Assembly: GCA_903904855.1 (NCBI GenBank)
Contig: CAIVEH010000136.1
Coordinates: forward strand, 1,168 to 65,167
DNA from: an uncultured Bacteroidota bacterium
GTDB lineage: Bacteria; Bacteroidota; Bacteroidia; Chitinophagales; Chitinophagaceae
Reading direction: 5' to 3'
DNA: 64,000 nucleotides
Position 1 is the first letter of the stretch. The number at the start of each line of letters is the position of its first letter. The notes beneath the pieces are model-generated. The model was not told the origin of the DNA. It worked only from the letters and a program-made list of their open reading frames with translations, and made no database searches. Made by a program: the position numbers and the translations under genes. Of the stretch, positions 9,792 to 19,370 are shown in pieces.

Positions 9792-12700
9792 ATGAAACCC
9801 CGTTATATTGTAATAGGCTTCTTTTTTCTGCTTTTTTCGTTGCGTGGTATATGCCAGGCACCAACTGAATTTATTGAAAATAAGGGGCAATGGGGTAACT
9901 GGTTTAATTATAAGGCAAGTACAAAGGGAGGCGATGTATGCCTGGAACCTGATGGTTTCCGGTATATCATGGCTGACCGCCAGAATAATTTAAATATGGA
10001 TGAATTTCATCATGGCCGGACGAAAATTAAGCCGGTTCTTAAATTTCACTGTTATAAGGTAACTTTTGAAGGGGCCCAGATACCGGAAATTGCAGGAGAG
10101 AAACCCTCTAAAGTTTATTATAATTACTTCCATGGCAATGATCCTGCACGATGGAAATCAAATATCCATCCGGTACAGGCAGTAAATTACTATAAACTTT
10201 ACAAGGGTATAAATATGCACATTACCTCTTCAAAAGGTAATGTGGAATATGAATTTATGGTTCAGCCGAATGCTGATGTGTCGCAGTTAAAATTAAAATT
10301 TGACGGGCAGGACGATCTGTTTTTAAAGAACCATATTCTTTACATTAATACATCGGTAGGTCAGGTTAGTGAGTTAAAACCAGTTGCATTTCAATATATT
10401 AATGATGAGCGGGTGGACGTGCCTTGTGAATATCATCTGGAGGGAAATCTGCTTACTTATGACTTTCCTAAGGGATATGATCATAGCCAGCAGCTTATAA
10501 TAGACCCAACAGTAGTTTTTTGCACACTTACTGGTTCAACTGCCGATAACTGGGGTTTTACGGCTACTTATGATGATTCGGGCAACTTTTACAATGGAGG
10601 TCTTGTTAATACATTATCGTATGGCGGCCATTTTCCTGTAAGTCCCGGTGCATTCCAGCTTACGTTTGGAGGTGGTTTTGTTGGACCTGTTGACTCTACA
10701 TATGCTTCAGATATAGCCATCATAAAATATGATCCATCTGGTATCAACCGTGTATATGCCACCTACCTTGGTGGAAGTGGTAATGAGCGGCCGCACAGTA
10801 TGATTATTGATCCATTAAATCAGCTAATAGTGGTGGGTAGAACTCGATCGACTGACTATCCTATTACGCCTGGAGCATTCCGTACATCTAATTCTGGTGG
10901 GACTGATATTGTTCTGACAAAATTCAATGCAAGCGGTACTGCTCTTATAGGATCTACTTATATGGGTGGGACCGGTGATGATGGAGTTAATTTTGATTCT
11001 TCAGAAGTTATTTTCGGTCAACTTAAATTCAACTATGGCGATGATGCCCGCAGTGAAGTACAGGTGGATAAGCAGGGGAATATTTATATGACAGGTTCTA
11101 CAAGTTCTACAGATTTTCCTGTAACTCCCTCGACAGCATTGGCAACTACCTTATCGGGTATGCAGGACGGTGTGGTGTTTAAGATGAACAGTACACTTAC
11201 CAGTCTCATTTGGAGTACCTATATTGGCGGTACAGGCTCAGATGCAGGATATGTTCTGGCATTTGACACTGCACAGACTGCATTATACGTGGCCGGCGGT
11301 ACAAACAGTCCCAACTTTCCAGTAACGGCAGGTTCTTTACACAGTACTTTCCAGGGTGGGCTTGCAGATGGATTTGTTTTAAAATTTAAAAACAGTGCAC
11401 CTTATAACCTGCTGAAAGGAACCTATGTAGGTACCAGTAATTATGACCAGATTTACGGTGTACAGGTAAGCAGTGACGACAATGTTTATGTAATGGGGCA
11501 ATCCTTAGGTGGAGCCTTCCCTGTTACAATCCCTGCAGTTTCTGTTTATACTCCAAATTCCTGCCAGTTTGTAATGAAAATGGATAACTCGCTTTCTACT
11601 GACCTTGTTTCAACGGTATTCGGAAACGGAAATCCGGATTCCACTAATATTTCGCCTGTTGCCTTCCTTGTTGATACCTGTGAGAATGTGTATATATCGG
11701 GATGGGGTGGAGATCTTGGGCTGAGTAGTGTGTACCTTCCCACCGGCACAGCAGTAGGAATGCGTACAACCCCGGATGCTATCAGGCTGACATCGCCTCT
11801 TGGCCGTGATTTTTATTTTATAGTATTGGGCTCTGGAATGACTACACTTCGATACGCGACATATTATGGACGGGACTGCCCGGCACCGAATCAATTATGG
11901 GAAGGTTGTCATGTGGACGGCGGTACAAGCAGATTCAGCAGGCAGGGCATTATTTACCAGGCTATGTGTGCTAACTGTGGCGGAGCACCAGGTGCAATGC
12001 CTGGTATTTCCTGTGCAGCTGCATTTCCTACCACTTCAGGAGTATGGAGTATGATTGATTCAAGTACCAATTGTAATGAAGCTGCATTGAAAATTGCATT
12101 CAATATAGGCCCTGTAACTGTAAATATTGTTGCAGGCCCCAGCACCCATGGCTGTGCGCCGCTTACAGTAAACTTTACTAATCTCTCTACCAATGTACTG
12201 ACCTATCTGTGGAATTTCGGTGATGGTTCAACCAGCAGCACAGTATTCTCTCCAACGCATACTTTTACTGCTGCAGGTGTATACACCGTAACACTGAATG
12301 CAGCCAATTCAAATGCCTGCTTCAGGGTAGCCGACAGTATGAAACTGGTTATCTCAGTGGGTACAAATGTGATTACCCCCGGATTTACATTTGTGTATAA
12401 CGATAGTTGCGGGCCTTTTACTGCCACATTTACCAATACATCGTCTGATACAGTTGGAACACCTTTGTACCAATGGTGGTTTGGCGACGGCAGTACCTAT
12501 ACAGGAACAAACCCTCCAATGCATACTTTCCCGGATACCGGTACCTATGTGGTTACAATGGTGATGACGGATACTGCAGCCTGCAAATCTCCCGATACTA
12601 TTACCCATGTGGTCCATTTCTTTAAGGCAGGTGCTTCGGCATTGTTTACCATACCTGATTCCATTTGTCTGGGTACTTCATTTACTCCGAAAATTAACTT

Positions 12701-13388
12701 TACCAATGTAAACACCACTACCTGGACATTTGGCGACGGGCAGGGCTCTACACTTGCAGATCCATCGCATCTGTATGGCGCTGTTGGTTCTTATACCGTA
12801 ACACTTATTGCCTTGAATACCACAGGTTGTGGAGGAGGCGATACCGTATCGGAACATATCAAGGTTTTGCCTGTGCCAACAGCCAATTTTACACTATCAC
12901 CATTGGTCGCTGAGGCAAATGTTCCTACCACTTTTACCAACACATCGGTTAATGCCACAAGGTATCATTGGGATTTTGGTGATAATACTACAAGTATTGA
13001 AGTGAATCCAGTTCATCAATACCAGAAGACAGGCGTTTATAAAGCCTGCCTGACCGCATATAACAGCAGCAACTGCCCGTCCATGCTCTGCCGTGAGGCG
13101 CCTGCTGATGTGGTACCGCTTCTGGGCCTGCCAACAGCTTTCAGTCCGAACGGAGATGGTGAAAATGAGATATTATATGTGCGCGGTGCAGCAATAGCCA
13201 CCCTCGACCTGAAGATATATAACAGGTGGGGGCAACTGGTATTTGAAACCACCAGCCAGCAAAAAGGATGGGACGGAACATTCAATGGCCAGCCTCAGCC
13301 TATTGATGCTTATGCCTATATACTGAACTGTTCATTTATTGATGGTACAACAAAAATGCTGAAAGGGAATATTACGTTGCTGAGGTAA
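9792..13388 (+). CDS. T9SS type-B cargo: SBBP-like beta-propeller repeats, PKD domains and gliding-motility-associated CTD
   Basis: Signal peptide from ATG 9792; ATYLGGSGNE/STYMGGTG repeats; WNFGDG/WDFGD PKD motifs; C-terminal PTAFSPNGDGEN..IYNRWGQLVF..GWDG..KGNITLLR. Confidence 0.9.
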   Translation: MKPRYIVIGFFFLLFSLRGICQAPTEFIENKGQWGNWFNYKASTKGGDVCLEPDGFRYIMADRQNNLNMDEFHHGRTKIKPVLKFHCYKVTFEGAQIPEIAGEKPSKVYYNYFHGNDPARWKSNIHPVQAVNYYKLYKGINMHITSSKGNVEYEFMVQPNADVSQLKLKFDGQDDLFLKNHILYINTSVGQVSELKPVAFQYINDERVDVPCEYHLEGNLLTYDFPKGYDHSQQLIIDPTVVFCTLTGSTADNWGFTATYDDSGNFYNGGLVNTLSYGGHFPVSPGAFQLTFGGGFVGPVDSTYASDIAIIKYDPSGINRVYATYLGGSGNERPHSMIIDPLNQLIVVGRTRSTDYPITPGAFRTSNSGGTDIVLTKFNASGTALIGSTYMGGTGDDGVNFDSSEVIFGQLKFNYGDDARSEVQVDKQGNIYMTGSTSSTDFPVTPSTALATTLSGMQDGVVFKMNSTLTSLIWSTYIGGTGSDAGYVLAFDTAQTALYVAGGTNSPNFPVTAGSLHSTFQGGLADGFVLKFKNSAPYNLLKGTYVGTSNYDQIYGVQVSSDDNVYVMGQSLGGAFPVTIPAVSVYTPNSCQFVMKMDNSLSTDLVSTVFGNGNPDSTNISPVAFLVDTCENVYISGWGGDLGLSSVYLPTGTAVGMRTTPDAIRLTSPLGRDFYFIVLGSGMTTLRYATYYGRDCPAPNQLWEGCHVDGGTSRFSRQGIIYQAMCANCGGAPGAMPGISCAAAFPTTSGVWSMIDSSTNCNEAALKIAFNIGPVTVNIVAGPSTHGCAPLTVNFTNLSTNVLTYLWNFGDGSTSSTVFSPTHTFTAAGVYTVTLNAANSNACFRVADSMKLVISVGTNVITPGFTFVYNDSCGPFTATFTNTSSDTVGTPLYQWWFGDGSTYTGTNPPMHTFPDTGTYVVTMVMTDTAACKSPDTITHVVHFFKAGASALFTIPDSICLGTSFTPKINFTNVNTTTWTFGDGQGSTLADPSHLYGAVGSYTVTLIALNTTGCGGGDTVSEHIKVLPVPTANFTLSPLVAEANVPTTFTNTSVNATRYHWDFGDNTTSIEVNPVHQYQKTGVYKACLTAYNSSNCPSMLCREAPADVVPLLGLPTAFSPNGDGENEILYVRGAAIATLDLKIYNRWGQLVFETTSQQKGWDGTFNGQPQPIDAYAYILNCSFIDGTTKMLKGNITLLR

Positions 13389-13393
13389 ATTTG

Positions 13394-13428
13394 AATCATA
13401 AATCATAAGTCGTTAGTCGAAAGTTGAA
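13394..13428. repeat. Intergenic heptamer array
   Basis: AATCATA AATCATA AGTCGTT AGTCGAA AGTTGAA. Confidence 0.6.
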
Positions 13429-13445
13429 GAAAAAAAGTAAAAAGT

Positions 13446-14492
13446 GTGCAGATGAAAAGGATAATTTGGATGATGAGTGTCGTGGTAATACTGACCGGCT
13501 TAAAGGCAGCAGGGCAGAGTATGCACTTCAGCCAGTATTATAATGCGCCTATGTTGCTTAATCCGGCCAACACGGCGCTTTTGCCTGAAGATGACTTCAG
13601 GGTGGGGTTGAATTACCGCAACCAGTGGGCAATAATTCCGGTGCCTTACAATACGTTTTCTGCATTCGGGGATATTAAAATAGGGGGCAATAAAAATAAC
13701 GAGAATCACAATAACTGGCTGGGACTAGGCTTGGCTTTTTTTAATGACAAAGCCGGTGACGGTAACCTCTCGCTTATGGATATGCAGGCCAGTCTTGCAT
13801 ATCATCTTCAGCTAAGCAAAACATTTATGCTGTCGCTGGGCTTCTCTGGCGGCTATGTGGAGCGGAGTGTGAATTATGACAACATCACATTTGATGCACA
13901 ATGGGATGGGCTGACCTTTAATAAAAATATACCAAACGGTGAAAAAGTAGGGATCATTAAAACGTCCTATTATACAGCTGCGCCGGGTATCAATTTTGCC
14001 TGGTTCCCCACCGAAAGCATTTATGCAAAGCTGGGTGTGGGGGTAGATAATATCAACAGACCTACCGAAACTTTTTACAGCAAGGGGAAGAATACACTGG
14101 ATTACCGGCCTATGGCCAACCTTGATGTGATTTTAAAAACAGGACCTGTGCTGATTGTGAATCCGTCGATGTACTATACGCAGCAAAGCGGCGCGCAGGA
14201 ACTCGTAGCAGGGGCTCAGTTCCGCACTGTACTTACCAATACCAACCAGCTGAACCCGCTTATTACGCAACTGATACTTGGTGCCTACTACCGGTTGAAT
14301 GATGCTGCAATAGGGGTTGCAGGGATACAGGTAGGCGGATTGCAGTTTACCATGAGTTATGATTTTACACTGTCGGGACTTGCCCCATATAATGCATCAT
14401 ATGGCGCCCTTGAATTTTCATTATTGTACACCGGAAAATATGATAAAAACAAAGGTGTGAAAAAGACTTACAGCTGTCCTCGGTTCTTTTAA
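13446..14492 (+). CDS. PorP/SprF-family T9SS outer-membrane protein
   Basis: HFSQYYNAPMLLNPA, YRNQW, DKAG, SYDFTLS..GALEFSL; directly follows a type-B CTD gene. ATG alternative at 13452. Confidence 0.92.
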   Translation: MQMKRIIWMMSVVVILTGLKAAGQSMHFSQYYNAPMLLNPANTALLPEDDFRVGLNYRNQWAIIPVPYNTFSAFGDIKIGGNKNNENHNNWLGLGLAFFNDKAGDGNLSLMDMQASLAYHLQLSKTFMLSLGFSGGYVERSVNYDNITFDAQWDGLTFNKNIPNGEKVGIIKTSYYTAAPGINFAWFPTESIYAKLGVGVDNINRPTETFYSKGKNTLDYRPMANLDVILKTGPVLIVNPSMYYTQQSGAQELVAGAQFRTVLTNTNQLNPLITQLILGAYYRLNDAAIGVAGIQVGGLQFTMSYDFTLSGLAPYNASYGALEFSLLYTGKYDKNKGVKKTYSCPRFF

Positions 14493-14526
14493 CAAATATT
14501 TTCGGCCTGAAAGCGTTTCCCGGTAT

Positions 14527-14534
14527 TATATTTG
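14527..14534 (+). promoter_or_regulatory. Bacteroidota housekeeping -7 element
   Basis: TATATTTG, 17 bp upstream of the ATG at 14552. Confidence 0.5.
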
Positions 14535-14551
14535 ATGTACTAATTTTCAAT

Positions 14552-15253
14552 ATGGAAAACCAAAAGAATAAAATACTGTTGGTAGAAGACGATACCAACT
14601 TCGGGCAGGTTCTTAAGAACTACCTTGAACTGAATGATTTTATTGTAGAACTGGCACGTGATGGCATCCTTGGCCTGGCAGCCTTCCGCCGCGAGCGGTA
14701 TGACATATGTCTGCTGGATGTGATGATGCCCAATATGGATGGCTTCACACTGGCAGAAGAAATCAGGAATGTAGACCCTGATGTGCCACTGTTCTTCTTA
14801 TCTGCCAAAAGCATGAAGGATGACATTCTGACAGGCTACAAGCTGGGCGCTGATGATTATATCACCAAGCCTTTCGACAGCGATGTATTGCTCTCGAAAA
14901 TCAAAGCAGTATTGAAACGCAACCAGGAGCTACAGGAAAAGCAACATTCTCAGATAGAGTTTATCATAGGTTCTTACCACTTCAACAGCAAGCTGCGTAC
15001 CCTGAAACATGGCGGCGCCTCAAGTACATTATCTCCTAAAGAGAATGAATTGCTGCTGATGCTTTGCGAATATAAAAACGACCTCCTGCCGCGCGAAACT
15101 GCACTGAAACGGATCTGGGGCAGCGATACCTACTTTAATGGCCGCAGTATGGATGTTTACATTGCCAAGCTCCGCAAATACCTGAAGGAAGACAGCAGTG
15201 TTGAGATTGTGAACATACATGGTAACGGGTTTAGATTGGTGGTGCCGGAGTAA
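14552..15253 (+). CDS. rprY: OmpR-family response regulator, RprY-like; no adjacent kinase
   Basis: ILLVEDD, LDVMMP, ADDYITKPF, WGSDTYFNGRSMDVYIAKLRK, NIHGNGF. Confidence 0.85.
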   Translation: MENQKNKILLVEDDTNFGQVLKNYLELNDFIVELARDGILGLAAFRRERYDICLLDVMMPNMDGFTLAEEIRNVDPDVPLFFLSAKSMKDDILTGYKLGADDYITKPFDSDVLLSKIKAVLKRNQELQEKQHSQIEFIIGSYHFNSKLRTLKHGGASSTLSPKENELLLMLCEYKNDLLPRETALKRIWGSDTYFNGRSMDVYIAKLRKYLKEDSSVEIVNIHGNGFRLVVPE

Positions 15254-15339
15254 AACCCCTGCCCCCTCAAGGGGAACCATGCATTGGGCTTATTTGCTTG
15301 AGCTGAGATTTTGATAGTAATTTGACAAATTTATTTATT

Positions 15340-15370
15340 GCAGGATGCAAGTAATTGTATCCTGCTTTTT
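15340..15370 (+). terminator. Hairpin/terminator, copy 1 (upstream of the TA pair)
   Basis: GCAGGATGCAA-GTAA-TTGTATCCTGC followed by TTTTT. Confidence 0.75.
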
Positions 15371-15384
15371 ATTTTAAATATGGT

Positions 15385-15392
15385 TATCTTTG
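15385..15392 (+). promoter_or_regulatory. -7 element for the TA operon
   Basis: TATCTTTG upstream of ATG 15427. Confidence 0.5.
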
Positions 15393-15426
15393 GTTAGATA
15401 AATTCAATTTTAAAAAGACTTACGAA

Positions 15427-15624
15427 ATGGAAGCGTTGATCCTTAAACCAGCTAACAGAGAAGAAGCTACACTGCTAAAAAGTATGGTTAAAAAAATGAA
15501 GGTAAAATATACCGTGATCAATGATGAAGATAAAGAGGATTATGCAATGGCCCGGGCTATACTTGCTGCAAAAAACAGTAAACAGGTTTCAAAAGAAACA
15601 ATAATGAGAAAATTAAAGAGCTGA
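15427..15624 (+). CDS. Putative type II antitoxin
   Basis: 65 aa (MEALILKPANREEATLLKSMVKKMKV...EDYAMARAI); TGATG-coupled to a RelE-like gene. Confidence 0.75.
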   Translation: MEALILKPANREEATLLKSMVKKMKVKYTVINDEDKEDYAMARAILAAKNSKQVSKETIMRKLKS

Positions 15625-15890
15625 TGGAACTTGAGTTTCATAATAGTTTCAGTAAGGATATTGATAAGATTAAGGATAAGCATATAAAGAACCAGTGCTT
15701 TGAATTGATTGAAAAAATGGAAGCACTGACTACCTTAAGCGAACTTCCTGATGTGAAAAAACTTAAAGGCTTTCAATACTTCTACAGGATAAAAATGGGC
15801 GATTACAGGATTGGTATTGAATACCGAAAATCGAAAGTAATTTTTAAACGCTTTTTATTAAGGAAGGATATTTATAAATATTTTCCCTGA
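15624..15890 (+). CDS. RelE/ParE-family toxin
   Basis: 88 aa; SFSKDIDKI, VKKLKG..YRIKMGDYRIG, RKDIYKYFP. Confidence 0.9.
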   Translation: MELEFHNSFSKDIDKIKDKHIKNQCFELIEKMEALTTLSELPDVKKLKGFQYFYRIKMGDYRIGIEYRKSKVIFKRFLLRKDIYKYFP

Positions 15891-15910
15891 ACTATTTTTT
15901 GATTTTTTGA

Positions 15911-15942
15911 GTAGGATGCAGGTAACTGTATCCTGTTTTTTT
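15911..15942 (+). terminator. Hairpin/terminator, copy 2 (downstream of the TA pair)
   Basis: GTAGGATGCAG-GTAA-CTGTATCCTGT followed by a T run. Confidence 0.75.
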
Positions 15943-15964
15943 ATGTTACATTTTCCTCTTTTTC

Positions 15965-18070
15965 TCAATTCACCATAACCCAGTTAAAGCCAAATCTTAT
16001 TATTAGATCGGGGGCGGCATAAACGGGTATTGTGGCTGTGCCCGCGCCATAGTAGTTGAGCACAGGTGTGCCAGTATTGAGTATGGTGTTGCTGGCGAAG
16101 AGCTGCTGCAGATTATCGACCATAACGAAGGCACGGAAACGCTTGATGCGGAAATTGAGGAATACTGACTCCTCGGGGTAATTTTCTACATAGATACTCT
16201 TCTGGTAAAAGAACTTATTGAGCAGGGCATCATAGCCGGCAGCATGGTAGGCTGTATTGTAGCGCAGTTCAACACCAGTGGCTATCTTCAGTCTCTTTTT
16301 AAACATAGCTACCTCATAGCTCAACTGGTGGCGGCCCATAAATGCGGGAATATTCACCGGTGCATTCTGTGGCAGCTGCTGGTATACCAGTTCATTATCG
16401 AGGAAGAAATTACCCATCTTAAATAACTTGCGTACCCATGCCTGGGTGATGCTGAATGGTACCGTATACTGGGCAGGTTTTTCGCTATCGTTTATGTATA
16501 TGTAGTTACCGATGATGTAATTTTTAATGCCTGCCGAGAACCGGAATTTCTGGTTATTGATTGTGGCGTAAAGGGTGGTTACACTTTCGTTGCTGAACTG
16601 GTAGAACAGCTTGGTGTATGGGTTTTCATAGTTGGTATAACTATACGGTGCACTATTGACTGCCTGCCTGAAGCCTGCAATAAAACTACCCCAGTTGTTT
16701 TTCAACTGCTTGCCCAGGTTGGCATCCAGAATAAAATTGCCGGCATCGGCGCCGGAGAAGAAGAATTTTGCATTAGCTGCGTATTGCCATGCACCCGGAG
16801 TGAGTGCTTCTTTATGTATATCAGCAACCAGGTAGTTGCTCAATACGCTGCTACGGTCGAGGCCGGAACTGTAATAGAGTTTGGGTAGGCTGTCTTTTAT
16901 TATATTGCTGACCGGGGCGGAGATAAACTGATCGTAGCGGTTGCCCAGCCCGGCGCTTATTTCGCTCTGGTGGCCTTCTTTGCCGATAAAGCCATTTACC
17001 ATTACCTTATTATCTAGCCAGAACCATTTTTGCTGTGTGAACACTGAATCGCCACCTGCTGCATAATAACCAGCACCAGTTACAGGGAAACTGTAATTGA
17101 ACAGACTGGAATACCTGAGGGAATCGGGTTTGAGATCTTTATAGGTATGCTTTTCAGTGCCTAGCTCCATTTTATGGGTTATGCTGAACCGGGTAATGAG
17201 TTTGTGGGTAAATGAGGTAGAGTCGGAATTGTAAGTGGTGTCGTTCCGGCCCCAGCGATAGGAGTGCTGTACCAGCAAAGTGAAATCGCGCTGCACATTG
17301 GTAACTGGTGAGCGGAGGGTACTGTATGACTGATTCTGATAGGCTACATCAAGGGTTTTACGGTCGGTGTAGAGCGGGTTCGACAATTCGCTGTCGTTGA
17401 CAATGCCCCCGTTTTCATCGTGCTGGATCTTATTGTATACCATAGCGGCGGACAGCAGATAATGCTTGTCGAGGCTAAGGTAATTGGTGGATAATGCTGC
17501 AATATCGTGGTTGTTTCGCTGGATCTTGTATTCACCGGGAGCATTGATTTTGCGGTAATCTACCATGAAGTTCCAGTTGGGATGGATGTTCTGGCTGTGC
17601 ATGATACCGGCGGTCTGTTCCAGTTTGCTGCCCAGCTGGTAGGTGAAAATGGAATAGGGCCTTGAGGTATTGTAATAATTAAGGCTATCGACATTGAGGC
17701 GGTACACATCATTGACATGATACCCGAGAGATTGCCCTACGCGGTCTTCGGGGGTGAACATCAGGTTGTTGGCTGGGCTGCCAAGGTTGCCCATATCACG
17801 GTACCAGGGCTGGGTAAACAGGTTTCTCTGAAAGGTATGTATACCGGTATCCGGTGTATAAATACGTGTAGAATTCAGTTTTTCCCAGGTGATTTTTGCT
17901 TCTTCATCCTTCCATTTTCCGCTATTAGTTTTGTTCATGGAAGTATCCTTTGGGGTAGTTCCCGGCGGTTTGCCAAGAGTGCCTGTCTGGCCATAAACCA
18001 GACTGCCTGATACCATCAGGCATAACAGCAACAAATACTTCAGTGAACAGATACTTCGGATATGATACAA
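15965..18070 (-). CDS. Bacteroidota putative porin (outer-membrane beta-barrel)
   Basis: Signal peptide; DMGNLGSPA, YYNTSRPYS, HSQNI; C-terminal IRFGFNWVMVN. TTG start. Confidence 0.8.
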   Translation of the reverse strand: MYHIRSICSLKYLLLLCLMVSGSLVYGQTGTLGKPPGTTPKDTSMNKTNSGKWKDEEAKITWEKLNSTRIYTPDTGIHTFQRNLFTQPWYRDMGNLGSPANNLMFTPEDRVGQSLGYHVNDVYRLNVDSLNYYNTSRPYSIFTYQLGSKLEQTAGIMHSQNIHPNWNFMVDYRKINAPGEYKIQRNNHDIAALSTNYLSLDKHYLLSAAMVYNKIQHDENGGIVNDSELSNPLYTDRKTLDVAYQNQSYSTLRSPVTNVQRDFTLLVQHSYRWGRNDTTYNSDSTSFTHKLITRFSITHKMELGTEKHTYKDLKPDSLRYSSLFNYSFPVTGAGYYAAGGDSVFTQQKWFWLDNKVMVNGFIGKEGHQSEISAGLGNRYDQFISAPVSNIIKDSLPKLYYSSGLDRSSVLSNYLVADIHKEALTPGAWQYAANAKFFFSGADAGNFILDANLGKQLKNNWGSFIAGFRQAVNSAPYSYTNYENPYTKLFYQFSNESVTTLYATINNQKFRFSAGIKNYIIGNYIYINDSEKPAQYTVPFSITQAWVRKLFKMGNFFLDNELVYQQLPQNAPVNIPAFMGRHQLSYEVAMFKKRLKIATGVELRYNTAYHAAGYDALLNKFFYQKSIYVENYPEESVFLNFRIKRFRAFVMVDNLQQLFASNTILNTGTPVLNYYGAGTATIPVYAAPDLIIRFGFNWVMVN

Positions 18071-18113
18071 TTCTTAAATGCTTTATGTGGCGCTGATGAA
18101 AACGCCGCGGGCG

Positions 18114-18121
18114 CAAAGTTA
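18114..18121 (-). promoter_or_regulatory. -7 element for the porin gene
   Basis: TAACTTTG on the minus strand. Confidence 0.5.
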
Positions 18122-18171
18122 ATTGTGTTATTTGTAATAAGGATTTAAAAGTTTTTGAGTCGTCTATCTTG

Positions 18172-18206
18172 AGTCTAAAGTCTAAAGTCGTCAGTCTAAA
18201 GTTGCA
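18172..18206. repeat. Intergenic heptamer array
   Basis: AGTCTAA AGTCTAA AGTCGTC AGTCTAA AGTTGCA. Confidence 0.7.
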
Positions 18207-18455
18207 TGTAAGTTATGTATATGTATGGGTGGTGTTGTTGTTTTACTGACAGTTTTGGGGGGATTTGAGGTGTGTTTTCAGCGTAACATATTCATTTACA
18301 GTTTTTTTGATTGTGATTTTTTTGCTTTGGCAGGCTCAGTGCCGGTTTTTGTCTCATCCCGGCCCTTCCCGATGAAAAATCGCAATAGACTTCTGAAGTA
18401 AAGGTTGTTATTGCAAAAATGCTTGAAATTTGTAATGCGAAAATAAATTATGCCT

Positions 18456-18712
18456 AAATCACCGGGAATGTTTGTGTGCGCTTAAAAAATACAAGCCCAC
18501 ATATTTATCTTCTACCACCCTTAAAATATATTCATGGTCTTCTAATATTTAAAATTACATCGCCGAAATCATCGAGAATGTTTGGGTAAGCTTATAAAAA
18601 TGAAATTCCGGAAATTGATCATCTACCTATAATACACATTGATATGCTTGTTATATCAGAAATATTTGTCTAAATCATCGGGAATGTTTAGTTTTCTGAT
18701 TCCTGGGAATGT
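18456..18712. repeat. Degenerate tandem repeat, ~106-110-bp period
   Basis: AAATCA(C/T)CG(G/A)GAATGTTT at 18456, 18566 and 18672. Units 1 and 2 stay similar for about 60 bp. Confidence 0.65.
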
Positions 18713-18924
18713 AAAAAATTCTTCGAGATTGCTTCATAGTTAAATAAGTTGTCAATTATCATAAAATCTGGAACAAAGGTATGGTGTGCAGCTTAAAATT
18801 CCTAATTATTTAGCATATTTATTTTAATTGTTGGTTATGGTGGAATTTTGGCGTCGAGACAGCAAGCTGATTGCAAATCCACAGCTGCATAGGTCGGGGT
18901 TAAAAATCCCAACCAACTGGTACT

Positions 18925-19193
18925 ATCCGGCTTTTTGAATCGAAAGGGAATTATACGCAGATATTCTTTGAAAAAACAGCCCGCAGATACTTAATTCTAT
19001 ACAGCATTTGGAAAATATGCTGGATTCGCAAAAGTTCATCCAGGTGTACCGGCAACAGATTATTAATGTGAAATTTATCAGCGGTGTTGCGGAAACATTT
19101 GGGGGCCGACTGAAACTTACCCTATCTACGGGTGAGCAGGTGGAAGTATCGCGACGGCAGGTGAACAGGATAAGGGAGATATTTAGTTTGTAA
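18925..19193 (+). pseudogene. 3' remnant of a LytTR-family response regulator gene
   Basis: IRLFESKGNYTQIFFEK, then a 1-base deletion in an A6 run (18971-18976), then NSPQILNSIQHLENMLDSQKFIQVYRQQIIN...VEVSRRQ. No receiver domain upstream. Confidence 0.75.
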
Positions 19194-19262
19194 TTTGGGG
19201 TCTCCTGATGAGCACGATTCTATCACCCCTGGTTGCACTCGGCATTCGCCTCGTTCAACCAG

Positions 19263-19288
19263 TCCCCTCCTTTGAAAAAAAGAGGGGA
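19263..19288. repeat. CCCCT/AGGGG-type hairpin (REP-like or terminator)
   Basis: TCCCCTC...GAGGGGA; a related CCCCTCAAGGGG lies at 15263-15274. Confidence 0.45.
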
Positions 19289-19370
19289 GTTTGCGAACCC
19301 TGAGAGTGTATCCGGCAAATTTGATTTTACAATATTATCCTGTTGAGTGATCGACCTTTTTACCCCCCCA

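Noticed and set aside
15340-15942. Integron cassette with attC sites
   Set aside because: The hairpins are too short, lack the R/L box pattern, and no integrase is present.
18456-18712. CRISPR array
   Set aside because: Only three degenerate 18-bp cores, ~90-bp intervals that resemble each other, and no cas genes.
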